DNA of 63,965 nucleotides, filler included, from Candidatus Tectimicrobiota bacterium (GCA_016193065.1; 5 parts of 5 records of this genome joined end to end with filler, not necessarily neighbours in it), one strand, 5' to 3'; counted from the whole stretch's first letter, positions 48,839 to 59,322 are shown. The notes: generated by a model not told the origin, from the sequence alone. Numbers and translations are program-made.

Positions 48839-49876
48839 CTAGGAATTTGCGCGTCCGGCAATGCGCCGTTCTCTGCCTGCAGCGGCAACATTTCGGTAAC
48901 GAACCAAGCCGTTTTCTTGCGCTTTTTCCGCCTGCCCCTCCGCCACCAAATGCTCCAAATGGGCCAGAGTTTCCGCCAGAGCAAAACGTCTGGCCTGGTC
49001 GGGTAGATTCTTGCCAAAGAGTTTTTGGGATAAAGTGTACGGGGTCGAGCCCCTGCGGGTCATCAGGGACAAGAGGGTGTGTAGACGGCGCTGATGATGG
49101 AGGATGAGCTCCTCCACCCTGCCCCGAACATCTTCAAAAGGCTCTCCGTGGGCGGGGAAAGCCAGCTTGACCGGGAGCTGGCTCACCTTTTCGAGAGAAG
49201 TGAGGTAACTCCCCAGGGGCTGTGGGTTGCTAAGAGGGAAGAGGCCAATGTTCGGAGTGATCCGGGGCAGCAGGTGATCGCCGACCCAAAACAACCCGGT
49301 CTCCGCTTCGAACAGGCAGAGATGACCCGGCGAATGGCCGGGAGTAATGATCGCCTGAAGACGCCGCCTCCCGACGATGATCGCATCACCCTCATTGACC
49401 GCGGTCACCTCCTGCACCGGATCAATGTGAGAGCCTAGTCGGACCCGCTGGGCATGGAGTCGGGCAATGAGGGAACGGGGCATGCCGCTTTGCTCCAGCA
49501 TCTGGTGAATCGCCCGATCTGCGTTGCTGCCTGGATCGTACCAGTTATGGCCTAACATCTCGTATTCAGAGGAGGACATGACGATCCTGGCTCCCGTCAT
49601 GGACTGTATGGTCCCGGCCATCCCCAAATGATCCGGGTGGTAATGGGTCACCACGATGGTCGAAATGTCCCCCGGTGCAATGCCGATCATTCTTAGCGCG
49701 GCCTGAAAATGGGCCAGTGCCTTGGAAGTGTGCAAGCCACAGTCCACCAGGCAGGCTTCTCCATTGCCTTCGATCAGATAACAATTCACCACCTCGACGG
49801 GGAAGGGTAAAGGAAGCTTCAAAACCCAGCACCCCGGGGAAATCTCCTCCACGTCGCCTGTCCCCTGATGGACCAT
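48839..49876 (-). CDS. MBL-fold metallo-hydrolase with C-terminal winged helix
   Basis: THYHPDH, TPGHSPGH, GDHLLP, PAHG, ETLAHLEHL. Confidence 0.9.
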   Translation of the reverse strand: MVHQGTGDVEEISPGCWVLKLPLPFPVEVVNCYLIEGNGEACLVDCGLHTSKALAHFQAALRMIGIAPGDISTIVVTHYHPDHLGMAGTIQSMTGARIVMSSSEYEMLGHNWYDPGSNADRAIHQMLEQSGMPRSLIARLHAQRVRLGSHIDPVQEVTAVNEGDAIIVGRRRLQAIITPGHSPGHLCLFEAETGLFWVGDHLLPRITPNIGLFPLSNPQPLGSYLTSLEKVSQLPVKLAFPAHGEPFEDVRGRVEELILHHQRRLHTLLSLMTRRGSTPYTLSQKLFGKNLPDQARRFALAETLAHLEHLVAEGQAEKAQENGLVRYRNVAAAGRERRIAGRANS

Positions 49877-50069
49877 CGCTGCGGTTCCCCTGGCCCTTTT
49901 CAGGCCGCTTCCCGAGGGATTTTCCTTAGTCAACCTTACTTACGGATCCCCAGCGGAAGACGGCCGGTGCAAATTTTGTGGATCCCTGCCAGCCAAAACT
50001 CAAGCATTTCGCGACTTTTAACAGTGCCATTCTAAGGAAAACCTCCGGATCACGCAACTGCTTTCGAAA

Positions 50070-50318
50070 CCTGAGGACTGAAATCCGGACCAGTGTTCCT
50101 ATATCCTGAGTCCCGGAAGGTCGAAGTACAGTGGGCTTCGGGGCTCCCTTCGCTCCCGGGTACCCGCCTTGCGGGTGTCCACAGCGACCCTACCGGGCCT
50201 GCGCTCGGACGAACCTTCCGGAATTCCCTGCGGTCAGTTCCGGCTTTCATCCGGCGCAGGCCTCGGGGGGTTCCCCCGCTGCTCCGTCCACGTTCCGCTA
50301 CGGGAGTCCTCTCAGCCC
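50070..50318 (-). ncRNA. Candidate structured non-coding RNA of unknown family
   Basis: Terminal pairing CTGAG..GACT/AGTC..CTCAG, a ~100-nt multi-stem hairpin and two further hairpins; G-U pairs favour the minus strand; no credible ORF. Confidence 0.45.
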
Positions 50319-50509
50319 ACTTTTCCTGTGAAACAGGATTTAATTCTTTGTTGGGAGTCCGCTTTTTGCCCGTCAACATCACACTTTTCGCAATAGAGCC
50401 CTGCTTCTCTTGACAAGCCCCGTTGATCGCTGGTAGGTAAGTATCCGGCTATCTTTTTTCGAACCGGAGTCGATTCAATGGGAATCGAACCAGCAAGGAG
50501 GAAGGCGTC

Positions 50510-50983
50510 GTGAGGACGGTGGCAGCCGTTATCGGCGGAGGAGTCTGCGACCAGGAAACGACCCTGCTCGCTGAAAAGGTTGGGGAACAGCTTGCAGAAC
50601 GAGGCGTGGTATTGGTCTGCGGAGGGCTGGGCGGGGTCATGGAAGCGGCCGCTCGCGGGGCCAAGAGAGCAGGGGGCACCACAGTGGGAATCCTGCCTGG
50701 ATTCTCCGCCCAGGAAGCCAACCCATACATCGATATCCCGATTGTCACGGGACTCAGCCACGCCCGCAACGCCATCGTCGTGCGCAGCGCGAAAGTCGTG
50801 ATCGCCTTACCAGGTGAATACGGCACCCTGTCCGAAATCGCCCTGGCCCTCAAGATGAGAATTCCCGTGATTGCCCTAAACGCGTGGTACAGTCAGGAAG
50901 GGGTGATCCACGCGAAAACCCCCGAGGAAGCGATACAAAAGGCCCTCAAATCCATCCCAGGCCTTGCCGACGGAAATCGGTAA
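50510..50983 (+). CDS. TIGR00725 (SLOG/LOG-like) family protein
   Basis: CGGLGGVMEAA, VGILPG, ARNAIVV, GTLSEIALA. Confidence 0.9.
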   Translation: MRTVAAVIGGGVCDQETTLLAEKVGEQLAERGVVLVCGGLGGVMEAAARGAKRAGGTTVGILPGFSAQEANPYIDIPIVTGLSHARNAIVVRSAKVVIALPGEYGTLSEIALALKMRIPVIALNAWYSQEGVIHAKTPEEAIQKALKSIPGLADGNR

Positions 50984-51106
50984 TCCCGCAGGACATTCTC
51001 TTCCTGGGCGGCCTCTGCCGGGATTTGCTTTTTCCTTGTCCTCTAGGGGAAACTGGTTTATCCTTGGCTCTTCGGAATTCGACGATTCCCGTGCGAGCTG
51101 GCTCTT

Positions 51107-51641
51107 ATGGCGGACACCACCGTTCCTCAGGAGAACAAGATCCTCACAGTGGACGACCTAAAGGAAAAGATCCGAGACATCCCGGACTTTCCCCAGAAGG
51201 GGGTTCTCTTTAAGGACATTACACCCTTACTGAAAGACCCCACCTGCTACCGCAGGGCCATTGAGCTCATTGCTTCCCGCTACCGGGACCGGAACATCAA
51301 CCTGGTCGTGGGGGTCGAGGCCCGCGGCTTCATGCTGGGGAGCCGGGATCGTTCCCATTCGCAAAGCCGGAAAACTCCCCTATCGCACCCTCAAGGCCAC
51401 CTACCAGCTCGAATACGGCACGGACCAACTGGAGGTCCACCAGGATGCCATCCAGGCCGGAGACCGGGTTTTAATCATCGACGATTTGCTGGCCACGGGG
51501 GGAACCGTAGGCGCCGTCATCACCCTGGTGGAGCAGCTCAAGGGTCAAATTATCGGCCTTGCGTTCCTCGTCGAACTCACTTTTCTCGAGGGCCGAAAAA
51601 AGATCCCCGGCTTCGAGACTTATTCCCTGATTCAATTTTAG
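51107..51641 (+). pseudogene. apt: Adenine phosphoribosyltransferase with internal deletion/frameshift near 51340
   Basis: IRDIPDFPQKGVLFKDITPLL..EARGFMLG then other frame AGIVPIRKAGKLP..IIDDLLATGGT. Confidence 0.85.
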
Positions 51642-51665
51642 GCATCCTACGGAGGGAGGGACCCC

Positions 51666-54196
51666 ATGAGAGGAAGACTGCTCCTCATTCTTTTTTTCCT
51701 ACTGGCCGCCTTCTCCCTGGGAGAGGTAATCTCCCTCATGATTCTGTCATTTTTATCGAGAACCCGGTTTTGGGGCTTCCGGATCGCCACCTCATCGTCC
51801 CGGTTCTGAAAGCTCTCCTGGTGCCGGCCTGTCTGACCATCGGCGTCCTGGCCGCTTTGCCCTTCTGGAGTCAGTGGAGCACCGCGCTGAAGTTTTTCTA
51901 CCCCTCCGCGTTCCAGCTCTCGGATCCACTGTTCGGCAACGACATCAGTTTCTACGTCTTCGGGCTCCCATTCCTGCGTCTCTTGTATCGGGGGATCATG
52001 GCTTCCCTGACCCTGGGACTTCTCTCCGCTGCGGCGATCTACCTGTTCAACCGGGCAATTCACATCCTGCCCCGGGGAGTGGGCACGACGAGGCAGGCCC
52101 GGGCCCACCTGCTGGTGGGCGGCGCGCTCCTGCTGCTGGCCAAAGCCTGGGGATACCGCCTGGAAGCCTACGATCTCCTCTTCTCTCCCCGCGGGGTCGC
52201 CTTTGGCGCCAGTTATACCGATGTTCACGCCGATCTTCCCGTCCTCAAACTTCTCGTGGTGCTTTCCCTGGCATGTGCGCTGCTTCTTCTCATCTCCGTG
52301 TTCCGCCGGGGCTGGAAGCTCCCGGTGACGGGCTTTGTCGCACTCATTGCCGTCTCCATACTGGGCAAGGGGCTCTTCCCGGGTCTCCTGCAGCGCTTCA
52401 GTGTGGCTCCCAACGAGATTGCCATGGAGCGCCCCTACATCGATCTCAACATCAAATACACCCGGCAAGCCTTCGGTCTCAACAATATCGAAGAACGTGA
52501 GTTCCCTGCCGACGAAAACCTCACCTGGGGGACCATCCAGCGCAACGAAGCCACCGTTCAGAACATCCGTCTTTGGGACACCAAGCCCCTGCTTACAAGC
52601 TACAGTCAGCTCCAGGAAATCCGCACCTATTACAAATTCGTCGACATCGATGTGGACCGGTACGTGATCAACGGCCGCTACCGTCAGGTGACCTTATCCC
52701 CGCGGGAAATCTCCTACAAGGATCTGCCCAGCAAGATCTGGATCAATGAGCGCCTCAACTACACCCACGGATACGGCATCGTCATGGGACCCGTGAACCT
52801 GGTCACGGCGGAAGGACTTCCGGAATTCTTCATCAAGGACATCCCTCCCCGGTCCCTGGACAGCGTGGAGGTCCGGCGCCCGGAGATCTACTTCGGGGAG
52901 ATCCCCAATGATTATGTCTTCGTGAAAACCAAGGCCCAAGAATTCGACTACCCCTCGGGAGATCGCAACGTCTACTCGACCTATGCCGGGACGGGAGGGG
53001 TTCCTCTCTCTTCGTTCTGGCGGAAAGCGCTGTTTTCGATGCGCCTGGGCAGTCTGAAAATTCTCCTCTCCAACGACCTGACCCCGGAAAGCCGGATCCT
53101 CCTCTACCGGGACATTCGCCAGAGAGCCTCCCGGATTGCCCCGTTTTTACGTTACGATTCGGACCCCTACGTCGTCGTAACTGGAGAGGGCAAACTCTTC
53201 TGGATCCTGGACGCCTATACGGTCAGTTCCATGTATCCCTATTCTGAACCGGTGCGGGGGATCGGCAACTACATTCGAAATTCCGTAAAGGTCGTCATCG
53301 ACGCTTACAACGGCACCGTCCACTATTATGTGAGCGATCCTCAGGATCCGATCGTGCAAACCTACGCCCGGATTTTTCCCGACCTGTTCAAGCCCCTGGA
53401 CACCATGGCAGCCGATCTGAAAGCCCACCTGCGCTATCCGGAAGGCCTGTTTTCGGTGCAGGCTCAGGTGTATGCCACCTATCACATGCAGGATTCTCAG
53501 GTGTTTTACAACAAAGAAGACTTATGGAGCCTGCCCGTGCGCGGCAGTGATAAAGGGCAGCCCATGGAGCCCTACTTCACGATCATGAAGCTTCCCGGCG
53601 AAACCAAGGAAGAGTTCATCTTGCTCGTTCCCTTTACTCCCAGCCGCAAGGACAACATGTCGGCCTGGCTGGCGGCGCGCAACGACCTGCCGAACTACGG
53701 CAAGCTGATCGTGTACAATTTCCCCAAGCAAAAGCTCATCTTCGGGCCCCGGCAGATCGAAGCCCGGATCGACCAGGATGCCGAGATCTCTCAGCAGATC
53801 TCCCTGTGGAACCAGACAGGTTCCCAGGTCATCCGCGGCAACCTCCTGGCGATTCCGATCGAGACCTCCCTCATTTATGTGCAGCCTCTCTACCTGGCCG
53901 CCGCCCAGGGGCAGCTCCCCGAGCTGAAGAGGGTCATCGTCGCTTACGGCAACAGGATCGTCATGGAAGAGAATCTGGAACGGGCTCTGACCTCCCTTTT
54001 CCGGAGCGGGGCCGCACCGCGCCCCGTTGCGCCGGGCCCGGTGGCAAAGCGGGGCGTTGAGACCCAGGCACAGAAGGCCATGGAAGCATACAACCGGGCG
54101 CTGCAGTACTTGCGAGAGGGGAACTGGGCCTCCTACGGCCAGGAAGTCAATCGACTCGGGGAATTATTGCGGGAAATGTCCAGGCAATCCAAATAA
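51666..54196 (+). pseudogene. UPF0182 family membrane protein with apparent deletion/frameshift near 51740
   Basis: RBS plus ATG 51666 (MRGRLLLILFF..) is out of frame with the body DPLFGNDISFY, NIRLWD, YTHGYG, NYIRNSVK. Confidence 0.75.
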
Positions 54197-54314
54197 GCCC
54201 GATTAGACTCTCTGGGTAACTAAGGCATTTGACCCACAAAATTCAACCAAAAACCCTATTTACGAACCGGAACGATTTGTGTAATTTCCACAAGAACTTA
54301 GGGAGGAACTGTCT

Positions 54315-55439
54315 GTGGTCCGAACAGAACTGAGCCAAGTTCTCTGCGATCCGCTGGGATTCAGCCGCCAGTGGTCCCGGGAGGGGTGCCGGGTCATGGG
54401 CTGCTTGGACAACTACGTTCCCGAGGAATTCATCCATGCCGAGGAAATGATCCCCCTGCGCCTCTTGGGGTCTACGGAGAGCGTGACGCTGGCCGATACT
54501 TTCCTCCCTGTCTTTGCCGGCAAGCTGGCCCGCAGCATCCTGGAGCAGGCCCTGCAGGGAAACCTCGTCCACCTGGCGGGTATCGTCCTCTCCAACAGCA
54601 GCGATGCGGTGCGGATGCTCTACGACCTGTGGGAGCGCCACATCCCGGGGCAGTGGGTTGCCTTGATCGATGTCCCCGCCATCCTGGAAGGAGAGACCAA
54701 CCACCGGGTTTTCCGGCAGGCCATGCTGGAGTTTAAAGAGAAACTGGAAAAGTTCACGGGCAAGCCTCTGGAGGCCGCCGCCTTGCGCCGCAGCATCGCC
54801 GTCTTCAACGAAAACCGCCGCCTGCTGAAAAAAGCTGCCGCCCTGTTGAGTGCCTCGCCGCCTCGATTGAGTGCCGAGACCTACCTGGATGCGGTTCTCA
54901 GCGGGTTCGTGCTTACGAAGGAGAAACATAACGAGTACCTTCGGCAACTCCTGGAATCCTGCCGGCGGGAGACTCCCGACAGGGGAGGGCAACTCGTTCC
55001 CCTGCACATTTCCGGTCCCATCCTGGTGGATCGATCCTTTCTCCCTCTCCTCCAGGAATGCGGCGCCACCATGGCCTCCGAAGACCTGGGTACCGGGAGC
55101 CGCTATTACTGGGACGAAGTTGATGAGACGGGAGATCCCATCGAGGCCGTCATCGAGCGGTACTGGAGGAAAATTCCGGACTCCTACAAGACGCCCATGA
55201 AACCCCGCTGGCTTCATCTGCTCTCCCAGATCGAGCGCAGCAAGGCCAGGGGGGTCATTTTCGTCATCGAGAAATACTCCGATGAAGATCAGTATGACTA
55301 CCCGGTATGGCGGGATCGATTGCGCGCCCGCGGCATTCCGTCTTTGCTGCTCGATTCCGAGCTGGTCCTGGAAGGCGAACAGGTGCGCACGCGCGTACAG
55401 ACCTTCGTTGACATTGTGAGGGGAGGGGCCTTTTCATGA
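54315..55439 (+). CDS. 2-hydroxyacyl-CoA dehydratase / benzoyl-CoA reductase subunit (HgdB/BcrC-like), Cys ligands substituted
   Basis: YVPEEFIHA, TGSRYY, GVIF, QVRTRVQTF. Confidence 0.8.
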   Translation: MVRTELSQVLCDPLGFSRQWSREGCRVMGCLDNYVPEEFIHAEEMIPLRLLGSTESVTLADTFLPVFAGKLARSILEQALQGNLVHLAGIVLSNSSDAVRMLYDLWERHIPGQWVALIDVPAILEGETNHRVFRQAMLEFKEKLEKFTGKPLEAAALRRSIAVFNENRRLLKKAAALLSASPPRLSAETYLDAVLSGFVLTKEKHNEYLRQLLESCRRETPDRGGQLVPLHISGPILVDRSFLPLLQECGATMASEDLGTGSRYYWDEVDETGDPIEAVIERYWRKIPDSYKTPMKPRWLHLLSQIERSKARGVIFVIEKYSDEDQYDYPVWRDRLRARGIPSLLLDSELVLEGEQVRTRVQTFVDIVRGGAFS

Positions 55440-56677
55440 CGACTACCGCTCCGAAGAAGAAGGGGAGGGCACTGAACTCCTCTTACGAAGCCGCTATTGT
55501 CCTCAAGGAGTACTGGGAAGGAGCCGCCCGCCACCGGGCCGAGGGCCGCCCCGTGGCCTGGGTGTCGGGCAATGTACCCATCGAGCTCTTTTGGGCGCTG
55601 GGCATCTACCCCGTGTATCCGGAAAACTACTCGGCCGTCTGCGCCTCCATTCAACGCGCTCAGGAACTCTGTGAGGAGGCGGAAGAGAGGGGCTACTCGA
55701 TTGATTTGTGCTCCTACAGCCGGGTCAACCTGGGAATCGTGCTCGGCAAGGGAGTTGACCATCCGGATCTCCCCTATGGTGGACTCCCCCGCCCCGATAT
55801 GCTGGTCACCACCCGGATTCCGTGCCTCCCTCAAGTGAAGTGGTGGGAGGTCGTGCGGGAATTCTTCGATATCCCCATGTTCGTCGTCGATGCCACGATG
55901 GTGGATCTCCCAATCCGCGAGTCCCAGCGCCAGCACTACCTGGGCCAGATCCGGGAGCTGATCCCCTGCCTGGAGAAGAAACTTGGAGTTCGCTTTCAGG
56001 AGGACACGTTCCTGGAAACTTTGAAACTTTCCGACCGGGCGGCGGAGATCTGGCTCGAACTCCTGGATCTTCGTACGGCCGTACCCAGCCCGGTGGGGAG
56101 CCGGGAAATGTGCGGCAACGTCTTCCCACTGGTTGCCATGCTGGGAAACCCGAGGACCATCGAGTTTTTTACCCACCTCCGGGACGAGGCCAAACAGTGC
56201 GTCCAGGAGGGCAAAGGGGCTCTGGAAAACGAGCGGATCCGGCTCGGCTGGGACAACATCCCCATGTGGTACAACCTGAAATTCTTCAGCGACGTGGAAG
56301 ATCGAAACGCGATTTTTACCTATGAGACCTACCTGCGCTACGTCTGGGGAGGCCGCATGGACTTAAACGACCCCTGGACCGCATTTGCCGACAAGCACCT
56401 GGATGTCTGGCTCAACTACAGCATCAACCAGCGGGTCCGCACCCTTCTTCATGACATCGTCAAGTTCAAACTGGACGGCCTCGTCTTCCACCAAAACCGC
56501 AGTTGCAAACGGTTCTCCATGGGTCAACGGGACCTGGCTCAGGTCATTCAGGAGAACCTCGGAGTTTCGAGCCTGTTTATCGAGTCCGATATGGCGGATC
56601 CCAGGGCGTACGCGGAAGCTCCGACCCGGGTAAAAATGGAGGCGTTCCTGGAAATGCTGGAGGGGAAAAAGAGCTGA
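55436..56677 (+). CDS. 2-hydroxyacyl-CoA dehydratase / benzoyl-CoA reductase subunit (HgdA/BcrB-like)
   Basis: YPENYSA, DLCSY, GGLPRPD, C..QVKWWE, NRSCK, ESDMADPR. Confidence 0.85.
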   Translation: MTTTAPKKKGRALNSSYEAAIVLKEYWEGAARHRAEGRPVAWVSGNVPIELFWALGIYPVYPENYSAVCASIQRAQELCEEAEERGYSIDLCSYSRVNLGIVLGKGVDHPDLPYGGLPRPDMLVTTRIPCLPQVKWWEVVREFFDIPMFVVDATMVDLPIRESQRQHYLGQIRELIPCLEKKLGVRFQEDTFLETLKLSDRAAEIWLELLDLRTAVPSPVGSREMCGNVFPLVAMLGNPRTIEFFTHLRDEAKQCVQEGKGALENERIRLGWDNIPMWYNLKFFSDVEDRNAIFTYETYLRYVWGGRMDLNDPWTAFADKHLDVWLNYSINQRVRTLLHDIVKFKLDGLVFHQNRSCKRFSMGQRDLAQVIQENLGVSSLFIESDMADPRAYAEAPTRVKMEAFLEMLEGKKS

Positions 56678-57483
56678 TGTACTATGCCGGGATCGACGCG
56701 GGATCCAACACGATCAAGACCGTGATCTTAGGTGAAGAGGGGATTGCTTCCTACCACGTGATTAAGACGGGGCTGGGCGGGGAAGAGCAGGCCGCCCGCT
56801 GTCTGGAAGAGGCTTGTGCAAAGGCCCGCATCGGCCGCGAGGAGATCGCCTGCATCTACTGTACCGGCTATGGCAGGGAGTATCTCAACTTTCCCCAGGG
56901 GCGCAAGAGCGAAATCATCTGCCACGGCGTCGGCGTGCACTGGATCCTTCCGGAGGTCCGAACGATCGTCGACATCGGCGGCCAGGACAGCAAGGGCATC
57001 CGCCTCAACGAGCGGGGAGAGGTGGAGAACTTCAACATGAACGACAAGTGCGCGGCCGGAACCGGCCGCTTCCTAGAGACCATGGCGACCGCCTTGCAGG
57101 TCCCCCTGGAAGAGTTCGGGGCGTGTGCCTTGCGAGCGACTGAACCCGTACGGGTGAGCAGCACCTGCACGGTCTTTGCCGAAACCGAGGTTATCTCTCA
57201 CATCGCCCGCGGGAAAAAGAGAGATGAGATCCTCCTGGGGGTCTGCCAGTCCATTGTTGACCGGATTGCCGCCATGGTGCGCAGCATCGGGGTCAAGCCA
57301 CCCGTCGCCATGACCGGGGGTGTGGCTAAGAACCCGGCCGTTGTCAAGCTCATGGGGGACCGGCTGGGCCTCCCGCTACTGCTGCCTCCCGAGCCCCAAA
57401 TCACGGGGGCTCTGGGCGCGGCGCTCATGGCCCGCCAGGACATCCTCTCCCGCCAGAATTCCCAGCCGGCCCTGAGCGGATAG
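56677..57483 (+). CDS. ATP-dependent dehydratase activator (HgdC/BadF family)
   Basis: GIDAGS, TGYGR, DIGGQDSK, MNDKCAAGTGRF, SSTCTVFAE. Confidence 0.92.
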   Translation: MYYAGIDAGSNTIKTVILGEEGIASYHVIKTGLGGEEQAARCLEEACAKARIGREEIACIYCTGYGREYLNFPQGRKSEIICHGVGVHWILPEVRTIVDIGGQDSKGIRLNERGEVENFNMNDKCAAGTGRFLETMATALQVPLEEFGACALRATEPVRVSSTCTVFAETEVISHIARGKKRDEILLGVCQSIVDRIAAMVRSIGVKPPVAMTGGVAKNPAVVKLMGDRLGLPLLLPPEPQITGALGAALMARQDILSRQNSQPALSG

Positions 57484-57507
57484 AAAGCTTCCCGATCAAG
57501 CGCGCCT

Positions 57508-58500
57508 TTACAGTCCCAGAGACTTGAAGAACCCCTCCTTCTCGAGCTCATCGAGAAAGCTGGTGTCCACGAAGTCGGCGGGCTTGGCCTGCTTGGCCTT
57601 GGGATGGTCTTTGGCGATGTCATCGAGCAAGAACTGGATCCCCTCCAAAGTGGGGTAGGGTTTGTTGGGAACCATCCTTACAAAGGCCTTGTAACCAGAT
57701 TCCAGGACATCCCTGTCAGGATTCCGCATGTACTGGGACATGATGGCCTTGGTTTCTTTCTCGTGCGTCTTGATGTAGCGGACGGCTTCTGCATAGCCCT
57801 TGACCACCGCCTTCACGGTGCTCCGGTTGGCCTTGATGTAGGTGCGGGTCGTGGCGAGCCCGTTGCCCTGAATGGGAACATTCAGATCCGCGATATCCAG
57901 GAGCTCTTTGTAGCCCAGCTTCAGGGCTGTGGGAACCTCGGAGGGGCTTAAGATGGTTCCGTCGATCCCTCCTGCCTTCAAGGCTGCAATCCGCTTGCTT
58001 GTCCCCCCGGTCTGCAAAATCATAACGTCCCGGTTCGGATTCAGCCCCAGATGCTTGAGGGCGATGAGCATGGCGTTATGCGAAGCGGATCCAAAGCCGC
58101 TCACGCCCAACTTCGTCCCCTTTAGGTCCTGGGCCTTGCTGACGTCGGGCTTGGTAATGAGGGAATAAGCATAGGTGTTTTCCGAGGCTGCCACCAGGAC
58201 TGCGTCCGAGCCCGCCAGGTTGGCCTGCACGATCGTTCCAATGTTGACAAAGGGGGCTTCCCCGGCCACCAGAGCCTGGGTGGCGACCCTTCCTCCCTCG
58301 ATGAAGACGAGCTCCGCCTCAATCCCATGCTTCTTGAAAATCCCGGCCTCCTTCCCCACCCAGATGTGGATCTGGTTGTAGGAGATGGCCGGATAGGCAA
58401 TGCGCACCGTTTTGATGCTTCCCTGGCCATGCGCCGTACTGACGGACAGCGACAAGGCCACGGTGAGAACAAGCCACAAAAAAGTCGATCGACTTTTCAT
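57508..58500 (-). CDS. ABC transporter substrate-binding protein (SsuA/NMT1-like)
   Basis: Signal peptide, GIFKKHGIEAEL, DLKGTKLGVS, PYPTLEG, DFVDTSFLDEL. Confidence 0.85.
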   Translation of the reverse strand: MKSRSTFLWLVLTVALSLSVSTAHGQGSIKTVRIAYPAISYNQIHIWVGKEAGIFKKHGIEAELVFIEGGRVATQALVAGEAPFVNIGTIVQANLAGSDAVLVAASENTYAYSLITKPDVSKAQDLKGTKLGVSGFGSASHNAMLIALKHLGLNPNRDVMILQTGGTSKRIAALKAGGIDGTILSPSEVPTALKLGYKELLDIADLNVPIQGNGLATTRTYIKANRSTVKAVVKGYAEAVRYIKTHEKETKAIMSQYMRNPDRDVLESGYKAFVRMVPNKPYPTLEGIQFLLDDIAKDHPKAKQAKPADFVDTSFLDELEKEGFFKSLGL

Positions 58501-58791
58501 CTCACACCTCCATCCATTCGAGAACTTCAATCTCTCCAGAAAAGACAGCAATGCCAATCTTTTTAATGTGTTAGACAACCACTTCGTATCATAATCGGTC
58601 CCGAATGTCAATTTCGAAGTAAGTTCATCCATCACCGCCACATGCCCAAGCTCAAAGGCGCAGGTCCTTCCCTCAAGACTCCCAAAACCATGCGCTCAGT
58701 TCAAGCTCTTCGCGAGTCTCTGAAAAGGGGAGGGTGGAAACCTGCAGTGGACTGAAGATTCTCCGTAGAAACCGGGAACCTCGCTTGCTCC

Positions 58792-58820
58792 TTGCAGTTC
58801 CGAGAAGAGGTGGGTATGAT
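58792..58820 (+). promoter_or_regulatory. sigma70 promoter of tRNA-Arg
   Basis: TTGCAG-N17-TATGAT. Confidence 0.5.
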
Positions 58821-58892
58821 AGCCGGGAACATTTAGGAGAGACCAGAAGCCACCTCTTCCAGAGTAGTTCAAGTTCCAAAACTTGGCGAGGT

Positions 58893-58969
58893 GCCCCCGT
58901 AGCTCAGTCGGATAGAGCGAGGGATTCCTAATCCCTAGGCCGGAGGTTCGATCCCTCTCGGGGGCACCA
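58893..58969 (+). tRNA. tRNA-Arg(CCT)
   Basis: GCCCCCG acceptor stem, anticodon loop TTCCTAA, GGTTCGATCC, CCA end. Confidence 0.95.
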
Positions 58970-58994
58970 ACCTTTTATCGGAGAAAAAACCCTT

Positions 58995-59222
58995 ATGGCG
59001 GTATCCGCAGCAAAAACTCGCAAACAGCTCCTGAACCAGAAGGATGAATTCGTCACGCTCTCTGCCAGGGCACTCACTTTCGTTGCCAGTCACTGGCGCC
59101 CTTTTCTCTTCGCTCTCCTTTTCATCCTCATCGTCGGTGCCGCCTTTGGCGCCTATAACCTGTATTCCAACCGCCAAGAGCGTCAGGCAGCGCTCGCTCT
59201 CTTTCAGGCCCGCGCTCTTTAT
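58995..59222 (+). CDS. YfgM/TPR-like membrane protein, 5' part
   Basis: TRKQLLNQKDEFV, single TM, QERQAALALFQA. Confidence 0.6.
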
Positions 59223-59322
59223 NNNNNNNNNNNNNNNNNNNNNNNNNNNNNNNNNNNNNNNNNNNNTTAATTAATTAANNNNNNNNNNNNNNNNNNNNNN
59301 NNNNNNNNNNNNNNNNNNNNNN
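59223..59322. other. Artificial contig linker
   Basis: N run with central TTAATTAATTAA. Confidence 0.97.

Noticed and set aside
50070-50318. Retron msr-msd, TPP riboswitch or SRP RNA interpretation of the structured region
   Set aside because: No RT gene nearby and wobble pairs favour the opposite strand for a retron; TPP and SRP core motifs are incomplete
51107-54196. Genuine 1029-aa Apt-UPF0182 fusion protein
   Set aside because: The middle segment is off-frame apt sequence; the apt C-half and the UPF0182 start lie in other frames
54277-54293. TTGTGTAATTTCCACAA as a Rex/CRP site upstream of the dehydratase genes
   Set aside because: Spacing is one base short of both consensus sites; cannot be assigned
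26267-59322. Repeated TTAATTAATTAA motif within N runs
   Set aside because: Artificial all-frame-stop contig linker; ORFs ending in it and cross-linker gene neighbourhoods are artefacts
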